In this document: positions 53,100-64,000 of the stretch, one piece after another | Position numbering within the stretch: the stretch's first letter is position 1 | Layout: each line of letters starts with the position of its first letter | NCBI GenBank assembly: GCA_951406725.2 | Contig: OX597816.1 | Span: 120,590,001-120,654,000 of the forward strand | From: Octopus vulgaris | Lineage: Eukaryota | DNA length: 64,000 nucleotides | Reading direction: 5' to 3' | The notes under the pieces: generated by a model | Told to the model about the DNA's origin: nothing | The model's database searches: none | Seen by the model: only the letters and a program-made list of their open reading frames with translations | Position numbers and translations under genes: made by a program

Positions 53100-56000
53100 A
53101 ATACAAAACAAGGGACAAGTGGGGTTTAAAAGTGTAAACTACACAAACAAAAACAGTTAAAAAATACTAAACGACAAAATTCCCCAATAGCGGGGAGTTC
53201 CACTCAGGGCCAACCATGATACTTCACACATCCTGGTCACCCAGACTGCCAAGGGTACGCCAAGTAGGCACCCCTCCTCCCCTCAACTGCTCCTGCTTAC
53301 AGACGAATATTCAGAATAGGCCTATTCACACGAACCAATCTCGCAACATTCACCCACCTTTCAACAAAATTACTGGTGGTGGTGGTACTACTTCCCTCTC
53401 AAACCCTCGCTTTCCTTTTCAAGTGGAACTTGAAAAAGTCGATGATGGATCGGCCGAAGAGGAAAGTGTCTGTCTTCAGTCCTACACTACCTCTTTCCCT
53501 ATAGTCACCAGGCAGAAGAGAACTGCCGTTCCCTCCAGGCCCAAAAAAAAAGACGGTGGGGTGATCCTCACAATGGACTCGGCTAATAACCGGATCCATC
53601 CTACACGTGACAACAATTGTCCGATAAAACTTCACAGGTCAGTAATGCAAGACACTGGACGAGTGCATGCAAGACGGTGTCATCACCCTGGGACACACCT
53701 GGACAGGTCCGTCTGATAGCACTTCCGTGTCTATAGAGCTTGTATCAAATCGGCAGAGCTTCCCATTACCAGGCCAGAAATTTCTGGAAGTTATCCATAG
53801 GCCCTGTCCCGAAAGTCCTCCGGAAAAGTCCGTTTAGTTGATCCCTCTCGATGCCCAGAATTTCTGCTCTTTCCCACCACTAATCCTCTATAGAATTTCA
53901 TGGTGGAACTGCCACTGATCCTGTTGCCCGACAGGCAGAAGGCCATGAGCGCTTGCTGACACTCCAAGCACCCTTTCTTGGTCTGCGCTTCACCCAGGAC
54001 TGTAGATCCATCAATGAGACGAGCTGCGCACACCTGCTCACCGTTAAGGAAATACTGGAGAAGTCGCAGCCTCAGCGCATGTCTGCGCATCATTAGCCAC
54101 GGCATGCCCAGTCCTCCAATCAGCGGTTGTTGACAGCAGATGGACCTTCTGATAAGCAGAACTCGTCCCTTCCATAGGAAGTGGAAAAGCAAGCGCTCCA
54201 ACTTTTTCAGGCACGATGTGGGTCAACGGATGACGGTCAGGCAGTAGTAGATGACAGAAGCGATGTACGCATTCTCCACCTCCACCTGACCCTTCAGGGA
54301 CAGCTTCTCTGAGATTGGCTACCCTGCTCCCTGCCAGTTCACCTCCCCGTCAGTTCTTGTCTAACTGGAAGTTTGGACCTAACTGGACCACGAGCAATTT
54401 AACCGGTCCTTCTGTCCAGCGTCTACAACGCTGTTGGTTGACATGGACTCGCCTATCCAGGTGCCGAGCTACAGGCCGCACTGACTTCTAGTTGATATTT
54501 GCTCCTGTTACCGCTTCGTACTCCCTTAGTGTAGTGCTCACCACCTCGATTTCCGAGATGTCCGACACTATTACGGTGACGTCGTCTGTATAAGCCAACA
54601 CGAACCTTCTGCATCCTTGATCAGGCGGGATGCCCAACAAAACATTCAGCTTCTGCAGCAATGACTCGAGAGCCAGTACGTACAGAAGATTCAATAGGTA
54701 TCCTTGACGAACCGAACGAGCGATGTTAAACGATTCCGAAAGGTGGCCATTTACATTGACCACCGAACAGATGTCACTGTACATAGTAGCGATCTAGCCT
54801 CTGAAAACGAGACCGAAACCCACTGCCGCGAGAACAGCCTCCGAATATTGGTGGTCGTCCCTATCAAAAGCTTTCAACCGATCCAAATTAATCAGGGCCC
54901 CACCCATGCCAGGTTCCGTATCCATCCTCTCTATGATGTAGTGCGTGAGATTGAGGTTGTCGCAGATATTTTTGTTTGGGATAGCGCATATCTGCTCGTC
55001 ACCAACCAACTTATCGACGGCAAGCGCCGACCTCTTGGTTAACACCTTGGCCAAAATCTTATAATCTGCATTCAGCAGAGTTATAAGCCTAAAATTATCA
55101 ATTTTGTCCCCCTTGTTCGGGTTCTTCCTGAACAGCACCACCACTCCACGGCTCAGAGCACTGGGAATTATCCCGATCTGTTACCAGTTGTGGTAGATAT
55201 CTGCTAAAGAGACCACCGAACAAATCTGGCATATAAAAATAAAGCTCGAAGAGCAGACCATCCCGCCTGGAGACTTCTCTCTTGCGCAGGTCTTCATCAC
55301 GTTCCGCATATCTTCGGCTGTTATCAGCATTTCGCAGAGCTCCGCATCTCTGGCCAAAAGGCGTAGCATGCCACTGAGATAGGAGGTGAAATTCACTACT
55401 GTTCAAGAACAACTGCGCGCCCCATACAGTTCGGCGAAGTACCCCTGAAATTCCGCACACATCTGCTAGGACTTGGTTTACATGTGCCCATCACATCTTC
55501 CCTAAGAATTGTTGCTTAGTTTCCACAAAGCGCCCCTGTCACCCAGGCCCATTGAACGGCTTTCGTCCCCTCCCGTCTCAGTGCACGCGCCCTAGTTCTG
55601 ACAACGCAACCTTCATGCTTGACAGTGAAGAATTGATCAAAAGCCAATCTCGCCGCTATCACGTCGGTCGCTATGCCTTCCTAAGCGACTCTTCTAGCTT
55701 CCTAACTAGGTCTCCTTCTATCCTAGATTCCTCTAACGCAATTTTCTGACCAAACCCTATTGCTTCTACTCTAATAGCCCTTTTCAGGGCTATCCACCAA
55801 CAGCTGTTGACGATTGCACCCGCCAACTCTCGATGGACTAACTTGCTAACTCGGTCTCTGAAAGCTTGGCACGCTGGGAAGGACGTGTTCAGCTTCCAGT
55901 ATCCAGTGCCTTGTCTATGGATCCTATGTCGACCGTACAGATCACAAATTTGTGGTCTATGTAACCGACGACTTTCAAAAGTGGACAACTTACATTACTT

Positions 56001-56900
56001 CTGTCTACAGGCCTGCAAAATACTCTCTCTCTAGATACGATCTGGGAGACATCCCAAGGAAAACCTTCAAACGTCTGAAAAACTTTGGCTGCTCCACTCC
56101 CTTGGGGGCGTAAACAGCGACTTGTCTAAAAGTACCACCTTCACTATCGCTCATGCCCGGGACCACCAACTTCCTGGACCTCCGGGTCCAGTAGGTTCGT
56201 CCGAACTTCGAGATCCAGGTCTTTCCTAAACAACACTGCCACCCCCACTTCTCCTTCCGAGCCGACTAAGAGATGCGTACATCTCATAATCGTCGAAAAT
56301 GGTTACAAGATCGCGAGTTTCGGAAATCCTGGTCTTACTGGCTACTATCACGTCCAAACTTAGTGACCTGAGGTCATTGAGCAAACGACCTTGCTTCCAG
56401 AATGACCTCAGGCCGTGAACATTTCTGCAGTCCACTCTGACCATTACCATCACAACTCGAAAGGGTTGAGGAAAAGAAAAAGGCAGGTTATTTACCCTCC
56501 TGGAGCTCCGGATCTGGTTCCTCTGCAAAACCGGCTAAAAGCCTCTTGGTAGCGCGGATGTTTGGCCTTCCTACGCCATGCGGGAAGTCCCCCTGAATTT
56601 CTTTGTATAGTTTGAGGGGTAACCGTATTAACAAATTTTTATTGGCTCTCCTCACGAGACTGTGAGCTTTCTTTTGGGGACTATGTATTGTTGTGGGCCC
56701 ATTGGTGGATTTGGTTGGGGTTGTGATGGTTGTGGGGATGGTAGTGCTGGTGTTGTTTTTGCTGTGTCTAATTTCGATGTGCTGGAAGTTTCTGTGTTTT
56801 CGGGTGTTGTAGGTTCTTTTGTTTTCTGTTTCCTTTGCCTGTTTCGTTAATTTTTTTGTGGGGTTCTTTTTTGTGGGGTTCTTCCTCTTCTTCACTACGA
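53100..56900 (-). mobile_element. L1/Tx1-clade LINE, degenerate (ORF1 end, APE, RT, C-terminus)
   Basis: NVHGLRS, GTGYWKLNTS, KSPG, NFRLITLLNADYKILAKVL, SVRQG, AYTDDVTV, FHFLWKG..GGLGMP in collinear broken ORFs. Confidence 0.9.
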
Positions 56901-57002
56901 GATGAGTAGTGACTAGTGTCTGTATGGTCTGTCTCGGAAAGTGTGAGTGTATCTATGATAGTGTGTGCGTGCTTGTGTGAATGTATGCTTGAGAGAGGGG
57001 AT

Positions 57003-57068
57003 GGAAGAAACTCAAAACATGGTGCTCATGGGAACTGTTCATATCCTTCAAAGATATTGTCTATGTAA
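57003..57068 (+). mobile_element. R4/Dong-like LINE extreme C-terminal fragment
   Basis: ETQNMVLMGTVHILQR resembles LQKTALLGTARILRK at ~58310. Confidence 0.4.
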
Positions 57069-57377
57069 TCCCTAAAATATTCTAATCTCTAAACAGTATC
57101 AAATAACTTTTAAATGTACATAATTGCCAACATCTTCTACTGTCATTTTAGCATCTCACCACCAACTTATAATCAAATTACTTTTAAAACAAGCTTCTAA
57201 TTTTCTTATGTTTTCTAGACATTCTCTAGAATGTCTATGCAAAACCAAAAATATGGCAACCTAGTCGTAACACCAACTTGAACTTCTAACTTCTTGTCTT
57301 TCGAAGTCTCTGGGTGAGACTTGCAGTCAGCTTGTACAAATACAAAGCTAAAACCAAACACATATAATAATAATAAG

Positions 57378-57585
57378 GATTTCAAATTTTGGCACAAGCC
57401 CAGCAATTTCAGAGAGGGGGTAAATCGATTACATCGACCCCAGTGCGTAACTGGTGCTTAATTTATCGACCCCGAAAGGATGAAAGGCAAAGTCGACCTC
57501 GGCGGAATTTGAACTCAGAACGTGGAGTCAGACGAAATACCGGTAAGCATTTCGCCTTTCTAACGATTCTGCTACCTCGCCACCT
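57378..57585 (-). mobile_element. SINE family C
   Basis: tcgaccccgaaaggatgaaaggcaaagtcgacctcggcggaatttgaactcagaacg. Confidence 0.85.
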
Positions 57586-57639
57586 AATAATAACAACAAT
57601 GACAACAACAACAACAATAATAATAAGGATAATAATAAG

Positions 57640-58445
57640 CTTGGACACCCTGGGCATCAGAAGAGGGATTTTCCAGGATGATAGTTTACTTCCGTTGCTT
57701 TTTGTTTTCTGCATGGTCCCTCTGACCTTGAATTTAGGAAAATGAACCTGAGATATCAGCTAAAGGGAAAATCCCAAACAATCAACCACATTCTCTTCAT
57801 GGATGATTTGAAACTGTATGGCAAGGATGAGACACAAGTGAATTCCTTGGTGAATACGGTCCACTATTTTAGTGCTGATACTAGAATGGAATTCGGACTC
57901 AAGAAGTGTGGAATAATCTACCTAAAAGGTGGCAGGGTACAGTCCCTAGCAGGAATAAAATTACCGAATAAAGACTTGATTAAGCAAATTGAAATGGAAG
58001 GCTACAAATACCTTGGCGTACTAAAGTTCAACGAGACAATGGAAAAGGAAATGAAAGAGCAACTGAGGGTGTAATATTTCCAAAGATCAAGATTGGTGTT
58101 GCGCTCAAAATCGACCGGATGGAATAAAATCGAGGCAGTTAATACATGGGCGATAGCGTCACTTCGGTATGGAACTGGAATTATAACATGGCAAAAGAAA
58201 GTACTGATGAAAATGGATACAAATCAAGAGCAAAAATCTCGAACAGTGAACAAAAATCTCGAGAAGTACGTGAAACAAATAGGAGCTGCAATAAGGGTGG
58301 AGCACTTGCAGAAAACTGCACTGCTTGGAACTGCTCGAATACTCCGGAAGTGCTCGAAAAATAAGAGGTGTTACCTTAGTTCACTGGTAGTGAACAACTG
58401 ACACCGTAGTACATCTCCAACGTTAGAAGCTGTGCAAAGGCAATG

Positions 58446-58508
<63 letters not shown>
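57640..58508 (+). mobile_element. R4/Dong-like LINE fragment, internally deleted, with (AAT)n tail
   Basis: IRRGIFQDDSLLPLLF, HILFMDDLKLY, MEFGLKKC, YKYLG, NKIEAVNTWA, then a jump to LQKTALLGTARILRK; (AAT)n at 58445-58508. Confidence 0.8.
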
Positions 58509-58524
58509 GGAAAAGGAGGAGGAG

Positions 58525-58850
58525 GAGACCCCCTTCGGTCATGAATGACCATGGGATTGCACCTAGAAAGTTACCCTCCGAGGCACAAGTTCGGGCAAAG
58601 TTGTTTATGGACGACCAGCAATCTCCCATGCATACCAGCCTCCCCTCTCCACACCACTGCCAAGGGGAAGGCGAAGGCCAAGACAGCTTGGCACCAGTGA
58701 TGTCGCAACTCATTTCAACAGCTGAGTGAACTGGAGCATCGCGGAATAAAGTGTCTTGCTGAAGAACACAACACGCAGTCCGCTCCGGGAATTGAACTCA
58801 CAACCTCACGATCGCAAGCTCGGCGCTCTAACCACTGAGCCATGCGTCTT
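58525..58850 (-). mobile_element. SINE family B
   Basis: Reverse complement of 48471-48780. Confidence 0.85.
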
Positions 58851-59430
58851 TACTAATAATACTAATACTAATACTAATAATAATAATACTACTACTACTA
58901 CTACTAATAATAATAATAATAATAATGATAATAAAACATCTGTCTCGAGACAATCGGAAGGAATGCACCTTCAATTCCAAGATGTAGCTTTCTGGCATAC
59001 TGCATCACGCAGATTCCTCATGGGGATAACGTTCAAAGTAAAACTTTGGAAAATATTCAGTTACTATAATTGAACAAGTAGACAATTCAGTTGATTGAAC
59101 AACTGGAATATTTATCGTCGAAAAAGACGGAAGATCCACTTTCATTTATTAATTTATATCATACGTATACATACATAGACACACTCAAGCACGCTCGCTC
59201 CCGCATATAAACGCAAAGAACCACATATACATTACCAGCAAGGATCGCAGCCGAAAAGCTGATTGTTGTTTAAGCTTCTAACTAATCTATAAATAAAAAA
59301 GGCGACATAAAGTATTAACGTTTCTCCTTTGGTTATGCATTCAGTATACATACGTGCATGGATGTATATGTTACGTGTGTGCGTATGCTGGTTCCAGTGA
59401 ATAGGATATACATACATACATACAGACATA

Positions 59431-60288
59431 CAGGGTACGATGGGTAAATTATCGCCCTTTTATATTTCTAACTTCGCGCATGCACATTGTTTGTTTTTGA
59501 TTTTGCTAACTACACAGTATAGTATGGTCAGTTGGGCACTGTCTGTGAGAAAGACAGCACCATGACTCAATTCACTCTACCAGAAATTTGGAAACGACAT
59601 GCTCTACTGCTTTGTATTCCCACCGGAAGCTCCAGTACGAATATTTCAGAGTGCTTGAGTGTCAATCTGAGGACTGTGCATTCTGAGAGCAAGTATCGAG
59701 TGTGATAAAAATCAAACATCCAGTCAATATTTTGAGTGATCACTTGTGATGGTGACGTCATGCCTCCATTCATCTTCCTACACGGCCTGAGACTCAGCAC
59801 GAGGGCCTACATCAAGTGCATGGAGGAGGTAGTGCTGCCCTGGGTGAAGAGGGTGGCTGCTGGAATGCTCTATATCTGACAACAGGACTCTGCACCATAC
59901 TACACAAGCAGGAGAACCCAGTCGTGGTTGTCAGACGACTTCTGCGACTGCATCACACCTCAGACTACAACCCTCTTGATTATTGTGTGTGGGGCTCATT
60001 TTAGCGAGAGACTAACAAAACTCCTTGTAACACCAAAGATGAATTGAAGGCAAGCATTATGGCAGCATTCACTAACTTAAACAAGGAGACCGTCCAGGAG
60101 AATTGCAGGATAATCCGAATTTGTCTGGAGCCGTTGTTGAAGCCAATGGCGGTTTTATTGAATAAATTTACTCTTTAGTATTTCAAGATATTTTAATGAA
60201 ATTTTGGTAAATATATCTGTTAAAATGAGATGTCAGTGCTATCTTCATGTTTGCGTAATTTAGACGGCAGTTTATTCACCGCACCCTG
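59431..60288 (+). mobile_element. Tc1/mariner maT (DD37D-like) internally deleted transposon
   Basis: TIRs cagggtacgatgggtaaatt / ttattcaccgcaccctg; TA at left; GDVMPPFIF, QQDSAP.H and DYNPLDYCVWG motifs. Confidence 0.8.
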
Positions 60289-60894
60289 CACATACCGACT
60301 TACATAATTTATGCATTCATATAGCAAAACTTTCTTGCATATAAACATGCATATGCACTCACAAGTAAAAATTCATAGATACACACATACATAAAATGCA
60401 TATATGCATGCATACATACATACTTCCATACATGCGTACATGCATGCATGTATACCATGAACAGTTGAACTTGTCTATTTGAACAATCACTTTGGGAAAG
60501 AAATTCGTCATATCAGTAGAAAAAGTGCATATCCAGCCAACTAGAGGACACCAATACATATTGACAGCAAGAATAACTGCTCCTGGATCTTTGACAGATA
60601 CTTGCATGCTACCTTGGAAGTGATATACTTTTGTTCTTCAAGAACAGGATATAGTTACTAAGCAATCCTATATATGAATACTTTATACACTCATATATAG
60701 ATACATAAAAAGTAACCACATGCATGTGTAGTAAATAAAAATATATACACGTTTAATGAATACAAGTGTATCTACACGCATGCATAAACACACACACACA
60801 TACACATATACATCATACAAACCTACATACATATATATATATATATACATATACATATACACACATACACACACACTCACACACACACATATAG

Positions 60895-61060
60895 TTGAAA
60901 TTTATAGAAAATCAAAAGACGAAGACAGGTGTATGAAGAACAAGCAGGTGTATTAGTTTGACGCTCGGGAAAGTGAGAAAGTCTTTTACGTTTTGAGCCT
61001 ACGCTCTTCAACAGAAAAGAACGCGAGAAAATAGAGAGCGAATAAAAAGAAACTTGTGAA
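60895..61060 (-). mobile_element. PLE pLTR-like repeat with variant minimal hammerhead (copy 2)
   Basis: Minus strand ctttt-CTGTTGA-agagc-gtag-gctc-AAAA-cg-TA-aaag; homologous to 15941-16100. Confidence 0.55.
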
Positions 61061-61075
61061 TACAGCAATCAATCA

Positions 61076-61145
<70 letters not shown>

Positions 61146-62189
61146 CGTGCGCGCGCACATTAACTCACACTTATATCCGCGAAGCTTCGAAACTGTATTA
61201 TTTGATAGAAACATTCTCACTTTGTCAGTAACTGGTTTGAATTCTGCAAAGAACTTAATTAAAAACCTCAAGAAAACACACATAATTTAATTAGCTGCAA
61301 TATAATGAAATAATTATAATGAATATAATTATCTATATTGATTTCTTATTTTAGCACAAAGCCACATAATTATAATAGATAGGGCTAAATTCGATCGAAG
61401 CAACAGCAATATGACTCTAGTACTTAATTCACCTTGCAGTAATGAAAGGCAAGTCGATATAAACTCAGACCGTAAAGGGACGTAACTAAATACCACAATG
61501 CATTTAGTCTGAAACCCAAGTGTTTCTGTAACTCCTTCAAACTAGAAGTAATGCTTGTACTGAAGCAAAAATAAATAGAATAAGGCTCCGAAGTTGTAGA
61601 AATTTTGTCAGACTAAAATCTTGTGGTATTTAGATTTTTACGTATCCATTCTGAGATCAAGACCCACTGTGATTGATTTTGTCTTTAATCATTCTAGGAC
61701 TGATAAAATAAGTTTTAGGCATATATTTGCACGTATTCAATTGCTCTACCATCATCCTCCACATTGTCTAGCTATATAAGAAATCGTTATTTATATATAG
61801 ATTGAAAGTTCTCAAACACTTAATGAATTGATTCATTAGCAAATTTGCTTTCTTATACTTTAGAAAGATTTTCCTATTCGCCAGCAGCTCTGCAGGTATA
61901 CTTTAGAACTGTGGAAATGGATTTTGTCTATTTTGATTGAGTGGCGAGAAAATGGCTATAACTTCTTTCAAAAGCATTATGTTAGTTTCATTTTTAGTTC
62001 AGTGACATTGTCCTTCTTTCTTTTTGATTCCGATAATGTATCATTAACTAACAAGTTTGATTCTATTGCTTTTATTTTCAAGAAACAATGTATTTATAAT
62101 TTAGATAAAAAAAAAATCTTCTTACTTTGTGATGGAATGCAATCAGCTGAATAGATCTCCAATACTTAGCGGGTACCTATTTTTTATTC

Positions 62190-62583
62190 TACTCTAGGCA
62201 CAAGGCCCGAAATTTCGGGGGAGGGGGCCAGTCGCTTAGATCGACCCCAGTTCGCAACTAGTACTTAATTTATCGACCCCGAAAGGATGAAATGCAAAGT
62301 CGACCTCGGCGGAATTTGAACTCAGAACGTAACGGCACACGAAATACCTATTTCTTTACTACCCACAATGAGCTAAACACATAGAGGGGACAAACAAGGA
62401 CAGACAAACGGATTAAGTCGATTACGTCGACCCCTGTGCGTAGCTGGTACTTATTTAATCGACCCCGAAAGGATGAAAGGCAAAGTCGACCTCGGCGGAA
62501 TTTGAACTCAGAACGTAACGGCAGACGAAATATGGCTACGCATTTCGCCCGGCGTGCTAACGTTTCTGCCAGCTCGCCGCCTT
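62190..62583 (-). mobile_element. Two tandem SINE family C copies with different 3' tails
   Basis: Near-identical core at ~62270-62345 and ~62455-62530; tails differ (62190-62235 vs 62350-62420). Confidence 0.85.
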
Positions 62584-62769
62584 GGCGGATACCTATTTTA
62601 TCAACTCCAGAGTAATGACGAAAATCGAAGTTGACATCAGCAGATTTCGAACTCATAACGTAGTCAGACGATATTCAATTCATGTTTTTGCTATAAACAC
62701 CATCAGCCTAAATAAATAAATAGATAAATAAATAAGCATATATGCGTTCCTCTTCAAGGATTTTTTTTC

Positions 62770-64000
62770 AAGCTGAAGATTTGATAACGATTCAAGGATT
62801 GAGAAATAAAGGATCTTCCTTCTCAATCAAAGTCTCTTTGCTGAACCAACAAAACTTCTCACTCAGTTTGAAAGAAGTGACAGACAACTTACGTCCTGCA
62901 GTATAAAAAAAGGACGCTCTGGCAAATAATTTAATCGCTATTTCAGTAAAACAAAAAGACGGTGTGGGTACGGGTAGAGCGCTTTGTTTTAATGACTAAG
63001 AGAAAGGAGAAAAGCAGACTTGATAGGTGAAAAGGATGGAGTTATCCTCAGATCGGAGAGCTCTGGCCTAAAGAATGGATTTCATTAAAGGTATCCAAGG
63101 GCCTGATGATGGAGTTAAACCGTGAAACGGACACATTCTACAATTAAGAACAGAAATAATCTCTCCCACTGGCTTCTAAACAGTTTTCGTTTACCAGATT
63201 CCATTAAGAAATCGTTGATCCGTGGCTACGATGAAAAGGAAATTAACCAATATGCTGCGTAGCGGAACCGAATACGAAACAACGAAGTTACGAAGCAAGC
63301 TTCTTAACCAAGGGATTAGTTTGAGACCAAGCCACAACAATATCAGCAAACCAATTAATCGGTCAAAAAAACAAGGCACGTGAAGTGGTAATTAATTTAT
63401 CAACCAGACCAAGTCCTCTTACGTGGGATTTAAACTCAGAGCATCGAACAAAACGGCAACTTATTTTACTCTGCCAACTCTTTTGTATGTGGATATTTGG
63501 CAAATGTAATATATTGTTAGAGATACAGGCTGATTCAGTAAAATGTCTGCTTATCCAGTTCACAAATCTTTAGTTAGGCATCAGATTGTGGTACAGCTAG
63601 TTCATCGCTTGTAAGTATTATTATTGGGGAACTTCATAGCTAACGAGTTCGTCGTTAGCTTTCGCTGTTGATAGGATCTCTATGAGACTGGAAGAAACAG
63701 ATGCATATTGCGCGACTTGAAGAATGGGGAGCACAATGTAGGGCTGGTAGAAGGAAAGCATATTATTGTATTGGGAGATGTAGAGACAAATTTAGAGCTG
63801 AGAGAAAAGGGCACACTTTGTAGGACCGGGTGAAGGGACGCATATTCAAGGACTATGAGGAAGGGAAATACATTGTAAGGCTCGGTGAAGGAGAGAAGAT
63901 TGGGGATGGCTGGAGATTTATCAGGCTGACTGCATACTAATAAACTTTTTGGTAGTTTCCTCATGGACTTTGAGACTCCATATTATCTGATACAGCGTGA
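62770..64000 (-). mobile_element. Highly degenerate LINE-like sequence (CR1/L2 group?)
   Basis: Only weak coding-like remnants (EKFCWF, broken ORF 63680-63964); no catalytic motif recovered. Confidence 0.2.

Overview
This is AT-rich, microsatellite-dense eukaryotic DNA made almost entirely of decayed transposable elements. The tRNA-derived SINE families and the repeat landscape resemble octopus/cephalopod genomes as I recall them; that is an inference, not a database result. No intact host gene is evident. The best candidates are one possible orphan terminal exon (30910-31119, minus) and a weaker one. Most ORFs in the track are microsatellite artefacts. Recognisable contents: three SINE families (about 25 copies, not all listed), a near full-length RTE-type LINE, an L1/Tx1 LINE, CRE-, R4/Dong- and CR1/L2-like fragments, several Penelope-like element (PLE) remnants, and hAT, mariner, maT, Chapaev-like and MITE DNA elements. 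The most unusual signal is a recurring architecture: short PLE-terminal (pseudo-LTR-like) modules that carry hammerhead ribozyme (HHR) cores, occur as inverted or fold-back pairs, and sit in or next to (TA)n/(CA)n microsatellites. The clearest case is a ~157-bp palindrome with a complete minimal HHR on each strand (30353-30509). A SINE/LINE pair sharing a 3' stem-loop with compensatory changes, and an apparently templated local insertion into a hAT transposase, are also visible. All alignments were made by eye, so boundaries of degenerate elements are approximate.
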